64,000 nucleotides of DNA from Squalus acanthias (taxonomy: Eukaryota): positions 111,850,001-111,914,000 of the forward strand of contig CM059432.1 of assembly GCA_030390025.1 (NCBI GenBank), in the 5' to 3' direction. The position numbers and the translations under genes are program-made. The first letter of the stretch is position 1. Each line of letters starts with the position of its first letter. The notes beneath the pieces are model-generated. The model saw only the letters and a list, made by a program, of their open reading frames with translations, searched no databases and was not told where the DNA came from. Positions 1 to 9,822 of this stretch are shown piece after piece.

Positions 1-232
1 TGAGAATGCATCAGGAGTTCAGACACAGCTGTCAGCCTTCCTGCATTCCCCATACGCTCCGTCACACGAAATTCTGTGCTGGGAGTACTATGCTGTAAAG
101 TTTACCAGCGTCCTGTTAAAAAGTGGTATCATTGCTCATAACATCATAACTTATATACAAAGTGACACATTGCTTATACAGCAGGGTTTTGCAATATCTG
201 CATTACATAGTAGAATCTATGTTGTAAGATTT

Positions 233-1120
233 GAACATAAGAACATAAGAACATAAGAAATAGGAGCAGGAGTAGACCATTCAGCCCCTCGAGCCTGTTC
301 TGCCATTCAATAAGATCATGGCTGATCTGATCTTGGTCTCAATGCCACTTTCCTGCCTGTTCCCCATTACCCTTGACTCCCCTGTAGTTCAAAAATCTCC
401 ACCTTAAATACATTCAATGACTCCGCCTCCACAGCTCTCTGGTGTAGAAAATTCCAAAGATTCATGACCCTCAGAGAGAAGAAATTCCTCCTCATCTCCA
501 TCTTAAATGGGCGACCCCTTATTCTGAATCTATGACCCCTAGTTCTAGATTCCCCCACGAGGGGAAACATCCTCTCAGCATCTACCCTGTCCAACCCCCT
601 CAGAATCTTATATGTCTCAATAAGATCACCTCTCATTCTTCTAAACTCCAATGAGTATAGGCCCAACCTGCTCAACCTTTCATTTTAAGACAACCCCTTC
701 ATCCCAGGAATCAACCTAGTGAACCTTCTCTGAACTACCTCCATTGCAAGTATATCCCTCCTTAAATATGGGGGCCAAAACTGTACGCAGTACTCCAGGT
801 GTGGTCTCACCAACGCCCTGTACAGTTGTAGCAAGACTTCCCTACTTTTATACTCTATCCTACTTGCAATAAAGGCCAACATTCCATTTGCCTTCCTAAT
901 TACTTGCTGTACCTGCATGCTAACTTTTTGTGTTTCATGTACGAGGACACCCAGATCCCTCTGTACTGCAGCATTCTGTAGTTTCTCTCCATTTAAATAA
1001 TATTTTTCTTTTCTATTCTTCCTACCAAAGTGGATAACTTCACATTTTTCCACATTATACTCCATCTGCCAAATTTTTGCCCACTCACTTTACCTATCTA
1101 TATCCCTTTGCAGACTCTAC
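233..1120 (-). mobile_element. CR1 LINE, 3' part (RT C-terminus, 3' UTR, tandem-repeat tail)
   Basis: (AACATAAG)n tail at ~233-260. ORFs 367-675 and 685-1065 give CR1 ORF2 motifs (KCEVIHFG, RPHLEYCVQFW, RRMRGDLIETYK). Sequence stops abruptly at the Harbinger-A left end. Confidence 0.93.
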
Positions 1121-1639
1121 GGCCACGATTTTATCGGCACTGAGAGGGCAGGTTTGGAGGCGGGTCAAGGGTTAAAATCATTTTGATTGACGGCAGGTTG
1201 CGATCCCGCCTCCACGCCACTTTGCCAAATGCCGGCTCTGGGAGTCCCGATCGGTCCCACCACCAAGTGGCAGGAGAGGCCCTTAAGGCAGTTAACAACT
1301 TGTTAACTGCCTGGATAAGCCTATTTTAACAGCGGTTTTCGATTTTGTAACATTTTCAGCATGTACCACGCCATTCCCAAACCACGCCAGCTGATTGTGC
1401 CGGGTTCACCAAGTACCTGACTTCTTGACAGCTGCAGCTCCAGCATAAAAACGGAACTCTAACATGGCTGACTTACAGAAGACAGAACTTTGTTTTTTCA
1501 GGTCTTGGAAAACTTTTTGCAGGTCTACTGATCTTGTAAGTGGTGAAGCTAAGATCCATCTCCAGTGTGACCACCTGGAAAAACCCTCTCCCCACATTGA
1601 CTGAGCACGTATAACTTCTAGTCCTCAAATGACATATCT

Positions 1640-2875
1640 ATGAGCAGCATGGGAACCATTTATACCCTGTCATCCTGGTCCTCAGATTCGGAGGAAGAGC
1701 AGCCGCGGCAGCAGCAGAACCAGGCACAACAGCAGCACCAACAACAGGAGCACCAACTTCCTCACCCACCCGATGCTGCACAGGGCAGAGGGCGTCAGCG
1801 CAGGGCTGCACCTCGCCGCAGGAGATACCTCCAACACAGGGATTACAGGCCGAGGATGCGCTTCCTCAACATGACTGAGCAGCAGTGCCAAAGGAGGCTG
1901 AGACTTTCGCGAGAGGTAGTCGCCAACCTCTGCACAATGCTGCACCAACACCTGGAGCCCAGAGGAGCAGGTGGACACCCCTTACCAGTGGCAGTCAAAG
2001 TCACCACCGCCCTCAATTTTTTTGCTTCAGGGTCCTTCCAGGGATCATCAGCAAACATCAGCGGCATCTCCCAGTTGGCCGCACACACTTGCATCACGCA
2101 GGTTACCGATGGCCTCTTTGCGAAGGCGCACAATTACATCCACTTCTCCACGGATGAAGTAAGTGTAACCACGCGTGCGGTTGGCTTTGCAAAGATGGCA
2201 GGCTTGCCAAGGGTGCAGGGCGTCGTAGACTGCACACATGTGGCCATTAGGGCACCCCATCACAACCCAGCTGTATTTGTCAACTGCAAGGGCTTCCACT
2301 CCCTTAACGTCCAGCTGGAGTGTAACCACAGGAAGACCATTATGCATGTTTGCGCAAAGTACCCTGGCAGTTGCCATGACTCATTCATCCTGCGGCAGTC
2401 TACTGTGCCTCAGCTCTTCAATCCGCCAACACAACTTTCCGGATGGCTACTTGGGGACAAGGGCTATCCCCTGAAGACGTGGCTAATGATGCCGTTGAGG
2501 AGGTCATCAAATGAAGCTGAGGAGCGCTACAATGCCAGCCACATTTCCACCAGAGCCATCATCAAGCAAACCATCGGCTTGCTCAAAATGCGATTCAGAT
2601 GCCTTGACAGATCAGGTGGAGCCCTACAGTATTCAGCAGCCAGGGTCTCCAGAATCGTCGTGGTCTGCTGTGCACTGCACAACAACGCACTGCAGTGTGG
2701 CTTCCAGCTGCCTGAGGAACAAGTGGCTCAGCGCATAGCCTTCTCAGATGACGAGGAGGAGGAAGAGGAGGAGGAGGAACACCTTGCGGAGGCGGATGCG
2801 CCAGCTCCAGCAGCACATGAGCACATTGCTGCCCGTGATGCAAGGGACGCACTAATCTTTGCCAGATTCGCTTAG
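1640..2875 (+). CDS. Harbinger DDE transposase (HARBI1-like), open frame but probably inactive
   Basis: 411-aa ORF with VVDCTH and LGDKGY. The third catalytic residue reads RAIIKQTIG, against RNIIERTIG in Harbinger-B (E to K). Confidence 0.88.
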   Translation: MSSMGTIYTLSSWSSDSEEEQPRQQQNQAQQQHQQQEHQLPHPPDAAQGRGRQRRAAPRRRRYLQHRDYRPRMRFLNMTEQQCQRRLRLSREVVANLCTMLHQHLEPRGAGGHPLPVAVKVTTALNFFASGSFQGSSANISGISQLAAHTCITQVTDGLFAKAHNYIHFSTDEVSVTTRAVGFAKMAGLPRVQGVVDCTHVAIRAPHHNPAVFVNCKGFHSLNVQLECNHRKTIMHVCAKYPGSCHDSFILRQSTVPQLFNPPTQLSGWLLGDKGYPLKTWLMMPLRRSSNEAEERYNASHISTRAIIKQTIGLLKMRFRCLDRSGGALQYSAARVSRIVVVCCALHNNALQCGFQLPEEQVAQRIAFSDDEEEEEEEEEHLAEADAPAPAAHEHIAARDARDALIFARFA

Positions 2876-5760
2876 GTAGACAAATCAAACACATGTGGCT
2901 GGCACATTCTTATCACACCATACACAATGTACAAGAACCTATGGGTTCCTATCCCTCTCACCACCATCATTACAAATGCAAGTCGCCCTGAGCCCTCAAT
3001 GTGCAACTTCCATTTCCCAGAATACCTAGGCCATAACTTCAACTGTTTGCCATCACTTTTGTTTAATACATACACAAAAGAATGACAATGGCAAATGTTA
3101 AACAGAACAAAAGACAACAGAACAGAACACCCAAGTGACTATTCTTGTGACTAATTGTGCTTTATCTTCCTCTTACGCGTGCTTCTACGTGGTGCTTCCC
3201 CTGTGGCTTCAGCAGATGTGGAGGCACCTTGCTCACTTTCATGCTGCTCCTGCTTCGACGCCTTTGGTGGGCGTCCTCTGGGTTTGCGAACATGTGAGAG
3301 CTCGGCAACAGTCTGCTCCTCCTGCGGCTGTGCAGGGGCTGAGACGCCCATCTCAGTTGGGTGAGGACTCTGGTGGGGCTCTGACCGAGGGCTCCGCAGT
3401 GGCATGGGAATGTGAGCGCTTGCAGAGGAGCCCACACTTCCTTGTTGCCTGCCACCAACACCCCTCATGAGTCAGCCGCACTTCAGTGCTAGCAAGTGGC
3501 TGGAGAACACCTTGCTGCACATCAGGGGGGCCTTGAGGACCCGTACCTGCACTGGCAGTCCTCCTCAAAAGGATGTCCATGAAGCTCTGGTCTCTCTGCT
3601 CAATAGCTGCCCATCGGTCCTCCAGAGATGTCAATCTATTCTGAACATTCATCATGTTTTCCTGACTCTGGCAACTTATTTCCTCCATGACAGTAGCCAG
3701 CCTTTCCACGGAGGTTTCCATTCTTTCCATGGTGGTGGGTTGATGTGCCAACGCCTCCACAAAGGCACTGCTCATGTTAGACATGGGCTCCTCCATACTC
3801 TCCACACTCGCAGTAACCCTGGATGCAAAACCTGCCAGAGATTCCTGCACTTGTTCCTGGAGTTCCAGCACCACTTTCTTTCTGGATGGACCCGGAGGCA
3901 CAGGGTCCACATGCAGCTGAGCAGAGCTAGGAGCGCCCGGCGGTCTCCGACTAGGACTCTCCACTGCTGTCCCTGTCTCCACCATCTGCTGATGCTCACT
4001 TGTGAGCTGTGATACACCAGGTGACAACACTACTCTATCTCCCGAAGGTCCCACCGAGGTGTGCGTATCTGCGCTGGTGCTGGGTACGCTAAATTCTGCT
4101 GACGCTATGCTCTCAGAGGTTGCAGCTTCCTCTGAGGAGTCTTCAGGCTCTTCCTCCTGGACAGTGGGGAGGGGGGCTCTCGATGGTCCAGTGGGGGAGT
4201 AAAGGCATGAGTTAGACATGTGATATTAATGTAGCACATCGAATTGTGTAGATGATCATAACTCAATCTGTATGAACATCAGATGCCATATCAGTCACTC
4301 ATGCAATGTAAATGAGAGGGTTGCAAATCTATTCTGTCACCAGCTCGCTCTGCTGTGCCCGTCTGACTGTCCCCCACTTGCAGATCCTCAGCAACTCCGA
4401 TGATTTTGAGTGCAGCCTCCTCAGCAGCGGTCATATGGGCAACGGAAGGTGGCCCTCCTCTTGTCCTGGCCCTCTCCCTCTTATTACATAGAACATAGAA
4501 CATAGAACAGTACAGCACAGTACAGGCCCTTCGGCCCTCGATGTTGTGCCGAGCATTGTCCGAGACCAAGATCAAGCTATCACACTCCCTATCACTCTGG
4601 TGTGCTCCATGTGCTTATCCAATAACCGCTTGAAAGTTCCTAAAGTGTCCGACTCCACTATCACAGCAGGCAGTCCATTCCACACCCCAACCACTCTCTG
4701 AGTAAAGAATCTACCTCGGACATCCCTTCTATATCTCCCCCCATGCACCTTATAGTTATGCCCTCTTGTAACAGCTGCCTCTACCCGAGGAAATAGTCTC
4801 TGAACATCCACTCTATCTATCCCCCTCATCATCTTATAAACCTCTATTAAGTCGCCTCTCATCCTCCTCCGCTCTAAAGAGAAAAGCCCCAACTCCCTCA
4901 ATCTTTCCTCATAAGACCTCCCCCCCAAACCAGGCAGCATCCTGGTAAATCTCCTTTGCACTCTTTCCAATGCTTCTACGTCCTTCCTATAGTGAGGTGA
5001 CCAGAACTGCACACAATATTCCAAATGTGGTCTCACCAAGGTCCTGTACAGTTGCAGCATAACCTCACGGTTCTTAAACTCAAACCCTCTGTTAATAAAC
5101 GCCAACACACCATAGGCCTTCTTTACTGCTCTATCCACTTGAGTGGCAACCTTCAGAGATCTGTGGATATGAACCCCCAGATCCCTCTGCTCCTCCACGT
5201 TCCTCAGAACCCTGCCGTTGACCCTGTAATCCTTATTCAAATTTGCCCTACCAAAATGAATCACCTCGCACTTATCAGGGTTAAATTCCATCTGCCATTT
5301 TTCGGCCCAGCTCTGCATCCTATCAATGTCTCTTTGCAGCCTACAACTGCCCTCCACCTCATCCACTACTCCACCAATCTTGGTGTCATCAGCAAATTTA
5401 CTGATCCACCCTTCAGTCCCCTCCTCCAAGTCATTGATAAAAATCACAAACAGCAGAGGACCCAGCACCGACCCCTGTGGCACACCGCTGGTAACTGGTC
5501 TCCAGTCCGAAAATGTTCCATCCACCATCACCCTCTGCCTTCTATGAGATAAAATTGAGAGGTCGCACAACACCAGGTTATAGTCCAAGGGGTAAAAATT
5601 CAGTTGGTTGCGCCTCCCGTTAGCGCCTTAAATGGGCGCTAATGGGGCGTTAAGGCGCTAACGCCTGGGCGCAGCGCTGTTTGCGCCGCTCGAGAACTTA
5701 ACTTGAGATTGTGCGGCGGCGCTAAAACTTACCGCTGCGACCACCTGCGCGCGCAGATTG

Positions 5761-5905
5761 TGACGTCATTCTGTGGTGCAACGCCCTTGGGGCGCCCCGG
5801 AGCGGAAATTGAGTGGCGCCCCCTGCCTTACCGCCTGGCGCTTCCAACGACCGGAAGACTGGAACGTTATCAAACGGTCTGGGGCTGGGGGGGGCGCTAT
5901 TTAAA
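5761..5905 (+). promoter_or_regulatory. Putative transposase promoter: CRE palindrome TGACGTCA (5761-5768) and TATA-like TATTTAAA (5898-5905)
   Basis: Both motifs lie upstream of the ATG at 6101 and are conserved in all four complete MITE derivatives. Confidence 0.55.
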
Positions 5906-6100
5906 GGGGGCCTCTTCCTGTCTTTTTCTGTGGTCGACATTTATGCACCACTCGTTCTGAGAGAGAGAGAGAGATTCGGAGAGAGAGAGAGAGAGACTTC
6001 TACATTGACTCAACGCTTTGTGAGGTAGTTTTGCCTAGTTCATCCTAACTTTGCTGCTACTTTCGTTGCTGTACCTCATTACTTTTCTGGCAAAGAGAAG

Positions 6101-7261
6101 ATGGGGGCTGCAATGATTGGGGGCGTCGTCCTGCTCCAGCTCAATCGGAGCAGAGTGAGACGCAGACAGAGAGTGGCAATGATGGCCAGACGGAGGAGGC
6201 CCATCAGGCGCATGTACAGGAGAGCTTACCCTCCCAGGGTATATCGTGAACAGCTCTCCTACATCCACATGTCCGAGGAGCTGTGTTTGCGAAGGCTGCG
6301 ATTCAGCAAGGAGGTGGTCACTGAGCTCTGCCACCTGCTGCAGCCAGATCTGCAGCCTCAGCTGAGGTCCAGGACGTCTCTGTCGGTGGCAGTGAAGGTC
6401 ACAGTGGCCTTGAACTTCTACGCCACTGGCTCATTCCAAGCTGCTGTTGGGGACCTCGCCAATATCTCCCAGTTTGCGGTGCATCGCTGCATTCGGCAGG
6501 TCACCAATGCCCTCTTCACAAGGAGACGAGACTTCATCTCCTTCCCTATGACCCCAGACAAGCAGCATGACCGTGCTATGGGCTTTGCGAGGGTAGCGGG
6601 CTTCCCCATGGTGCAGGGCGCCATTGACTGCACGCATGTGGCTTTGCGTGCTCCGCGAGAGAATGCAGAGGAGTTCCGGAACAGAAAGGGGTTCCATTCC
6701 TTGAATGTGCAGTTGGTCTGTGACCACAGACAGGTGATTCTCGCTGTCAATGCCCACTATCCGGGCAGCTGCCACGATGCTTTCATCCTGCGCCAGAGTA
6801 CTGTGGCAGAAATTTTCGAGGCACCGCATCAGCCAGTTGGTTGGCTTCTGGGGGACAAGGGGTACGCATTGAGCACCTGGCTGATGACACCGCTCCGTGC
6901 GCCAAACACCCCTGCTGAGCTGCGGTACCAGGAAAGCCAACAAGCAACGAGGAACATTATTGAGCGCACAATCGGCGTGCTCAAACAACGATTCCGCTGT
7001 CTGGACCATTCCGGAGGAGCCCTGCAGTACTCGCCTGAGCAAGTTTCCAAATTCGTAGTGGTGTGCTGCATGTTGCACAACATGGCAATCCTCAGGACGC
7101 AGCCAATGCCACCAGGCCTTGCAGCACCACAAGAGGAGGAGGAGGAAGAGGAGGAACAGGCCGAGGACGATGATCAGCAGCAGCACCAAGGCAGGAGGGC
7201 GGCCCACAATGGTCAAACTGCAAGGGCCGTCCGTCAACGACTAATAGCAAGCCGCTTCTAG
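6101..7261 (+). CDS. Harbinger DDE transposase, intact
   Basis: 386-aa single-exon ORF with [53 protein letters not shown] and CCMLHN. Confidence 0.96.
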   Translation: MGAAMIGGVVLLQLNRSRVRRRQRVAMMARRRRPIRRMYRRAYPPRVYREQLSYIHMSEELCLRRLRFSKEVVTELCHLLQPDLQPQLRSRTSLSVAVKVTVALNFYATGSFQAAVGDLANISQFAVHRCIRQVTNALFTRRRDFISFPMTPDKQHDRAMGFARVAGFPMVQGAIDCTHVALRAPRENAEEFRNRKGFHSLNVQLVCDHRQVILAVNAHYPGSCHDAFILRQSTVAEIFEAPHQPVGWLLGDKGYALSTWLMTPLRAPNTPAELRYQESQQATRNIIERTIGVLKQRFRCLDHSGGALQYSPEQVSKFVVVCCMLHNMAILRTQPMPPGLAAPQEEEEEEEEQAEDDDQQQHQGRRAAHNGQTARAVRQRLIASRF

Positions 7262-7555
7262 GACCCCTGCCAGTGCTACAAACACGAATCAACCCAGCAC
7301 GCAACCCCTAAGCCGGCCAAGGCACCAATAATTCCAACCACCAGCCATGTATATTTTGAATACAGAAACTTATTTATTGTACAAACTCTGTGTGTGTCAA
7401 TTCCTCATGAGAAACTCATAGAAATAAACACCAAAAAACAGTCAATAACATAACTGGTTCTCACAACCTGGAGATAATGTCCAAAACACTAAACAAAAGT
7501 TGGGCCATGAACCTCGGCCTTTAATAAAAAAATGACCAGCATTTTGGCACACATC

Positions 7556-9405
7556 CTACTTTTTGCCCTTCGAGGGTGATCTCCTTCCCTTGCGCACTTC
7601 CCCCCTTCTAACCCTACTGCTCCTCCGTAATGGGACCTCAGTGGCTGCAGCAAGGCTGGTGGAAGGCTGCTGCTTGTCAGACCCTGACACTGCAGATGCC
7701 CCTGAAGGCCGGCCTCGACCACTTCTGGGCCTGGAGGGCCCGGCTGCAGACTGCACCAACTCTGCATGGGCGGCAGCAGTCTGTCCTACAGGCGGTGGCA
7801 AGTGCAGTGGAGAAGTGACAGTGTTGGCAGCAGGAATGCTGTCATCGTGAGAGAGGACAGCAACTCCCTGCTCGCCCGACACACTGGCACTCCCACGGGG
7901 CAGCACTTCAGCATCCGGAGCAATTTGCCTGAGAACAGATTGCTGGCCTGCTGCGGCGCGGTGACAGCCCCGGGGACATGTGCACGAACCATCGAGGATG
8001 GCAGCAGTCAGTGCTCGCGTGGCCTCAATCTGAGTCTGCATGAGAGCAGGCTCAGATAGGTTCCTGGCAGCCAGTGACTGAATTGCAGCAGTAAGCTTTA
8101 GTGTGGCATCCGCCTGTGCTACAGCGAAGTGCTCCACACTCCTTGCCAGTGCCTCAATGCATTCGGGCACCCTTCCCACTGCACCCATGAGCTCAGTGTG
8201 CATGACCACCGCCTGGCTGTTCATTTCTGCAATCATCCGCTCCTCCTCTGCGTCCATTGCATTAGGAGTGTCTGGCATACTCTCCCTCTGGGGAGAAGGC
8301 TCCCGTTCTTCCCTCCCCCCCCCATGGCGTTGCTGCAGCCCGCTGGGTCCTGGAACTTCACCATCATCAGCCCCTTCCCCCCTGCTCCCCCGTTCTTCCC
8401 TCCCCCCCCCATGGCGTTGCTGCAGCCCGCTGGGTCCTGGAACTTCACCATCATCAGCCCCTTCCCCCCTGCTCCCCTCCGGGGAAGGCGTGTTCCCAGT
8501 GTGGCCATGGGCTTCCTCGGGAGAGGGTGGCACTGATGCTCCGGCTTCCTCCTCAGCTGCAGCATCACTCCCAGTGGCAGCTTCAGGGACCATCTCCTCA
8601 GCTGGTGAATCACCATCTGAAAGCAGGGAGGTACAAGAGTGGCTTTAGCGTGAGGACAGGGTGGCAGTAAGGGAGGAATAAGTGCAGCGAGTTAGCAAGT
8701 TGGATTGAAAGTGTCAAAGGCTGGTATTGTGAGGGACAAGTGGAAGGACAGAGGACAAAAAGGTGATGACCTTACCATTGCTGTCCACAACGGGGTCGGC
8801 GTCTCCAGTGGCGACGGGACCGATCACCCGGCTTGCCACAATCCTGTGGACGCGCTCCTCCAGATCGCTGAGGGGTTGCAGCTGAAGCCGCCCTCCACCC
8901 GTCCGTTGCTGCTGTCTCCGATTATGAGCCAGCTTAGCCTGCAAGAAAAAGGACAGCATCTGAGTCAATATACAGCCATGGTCTTGCCTGATGTGCCTCC
9001 CATAGGTGAATAGCCCTTACTGTATGCAAAGTGTGGAATGTGTGTGTGTGTTTGATGAAAGGGCCATAGGTGTTGGATGAGTGTTGTGCATTGGGGTTTT
9101 AAGACCCTCTGGCCATAGAGTGAGGTTGAGATGGAGGGATGGAGAGGTATTGAGAAAAAGCCACTCACCCTGACGACCCGAGTGAGGTCGTTGAACTTCT
9201 TGCGGCACTGGACATGGGTCCTGGGCACCATGCTCCTGGAGGAGACGCTCTGAGCCACCTCCCTCCACACTCTTCTGAACTCGCGTGGCAAAGGCCTCCT
9301 GCCACTCTCTGGGAACAGCATGCATCGTCTGCGCTCCACTGCGTCAACCAGAGCATCCAAGGCCCGCTCGGTGAAGCGATGAGCGCGTTCTCTCACCCTC
9401 TCCAT
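7556..9405 (-). CDS. Harbinger-B Myb/SANT (MADF) DNA-binding protein, 3 exons, 486 aa
   Basis: Exons 9405-9169 (237 nt, GTGAGT donor), 8938-8776 (163 nt, TTGCAG acceptor, GTAAG donor) and 8616-7556 (1061 nt, TTTCAG acceptor). Phases 0 and 1 give one open frame of 1461 nt. Motif RFTERALDALV...W..VA..VSS....RTHVQCRKKFNDL. Confidence 0.92.
8302..8478 (-). repeat. 87-bp in-frame tandem duplication in MADF exon 3
   Basis: GSRGEGADDGEVPGPSGLQQRHGGGREER occurs twice; DNA offset 8304 to 8391. Confidence 0.93.
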
Positions 9406-9780
9406 TCTTGGCAGCAAAATGGATTACAGGTCTCTCCAGGCTGAGATTCAAGGCTGCAATGAGCAGGGTGTGGCTGGGGAGCAAGTGGCCCCCCCCGCTT
9501 TAAGAAGTGTCCGGCGCCAGTGTGTCTGTGCTCCCTCGCTAACTGGCAGCAGCTGCGCTGCGCTCGTGCGCTGAGTTAGCGCCTCACTCCTAGGCCTTTG
9601 CGCCTTAAGAGAGGTGTGCAGCGCCTAATTTAGCGCTCCACTCACCTCCCGGGGCGGTAAAAGTGAAGTTTCCTGTCAGTGCCGATAATTAGCGCCAGGC
9701 GCTAATATTTGCGCGCGGACGATATTTGCGCCCCAAATGGGGCGCGACCTAATTTCTACCCCCAACAGTTTTATTTGAAA

Positions 9781-9822
9781 TCACAAGCTTTCGGAGCTAT
9801 CGATTGCTCCTTCCTCAGGTGA
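9781..9822 (-). ncRNA. Minimal type I hammerhead ribozyme (Penelope-type)
   Basis: Minus strand reads TCAC-CTGAGGA-A-GGAGC-aatcgata-GCTCC-GAAA-GC-TT-GTGA: CUGANGA and GAAA core boxes, stem II, stem I TCAC/GTGA, palindromic AAGCTT in place of stem III. Confidence 0.8.

Larger units (their letters stand above)
5589..9762 (+). mobile_element. Harbinger/PIF DNA transposon B, complete autonomous copy (4174 bp)
   Basis: TIRs GGGGTAAAAATT / AATTTCTACCCC; 3-bp TSD CAA (5586-5588, 9763-9765). Both genes are intact and CpGs are retained. Confidence 0.96.

Noticed and set aside
3467..8648. Antisense and alternative-frame ORFs (e.g. 3467-4012, 5025-5552, 6431-7237, 8103-8648)
   Set aside because: Shadow ORFs of GC-rich transposon coding sequence with no independent motifs.
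6101..9405. Host genes HARBI1 and NAIF1/MSANTD
   Set aside because: The ORFs lie between TIRs with a TSD, are nested in other transposons and have MITE derivatives, so they are transposon genes.
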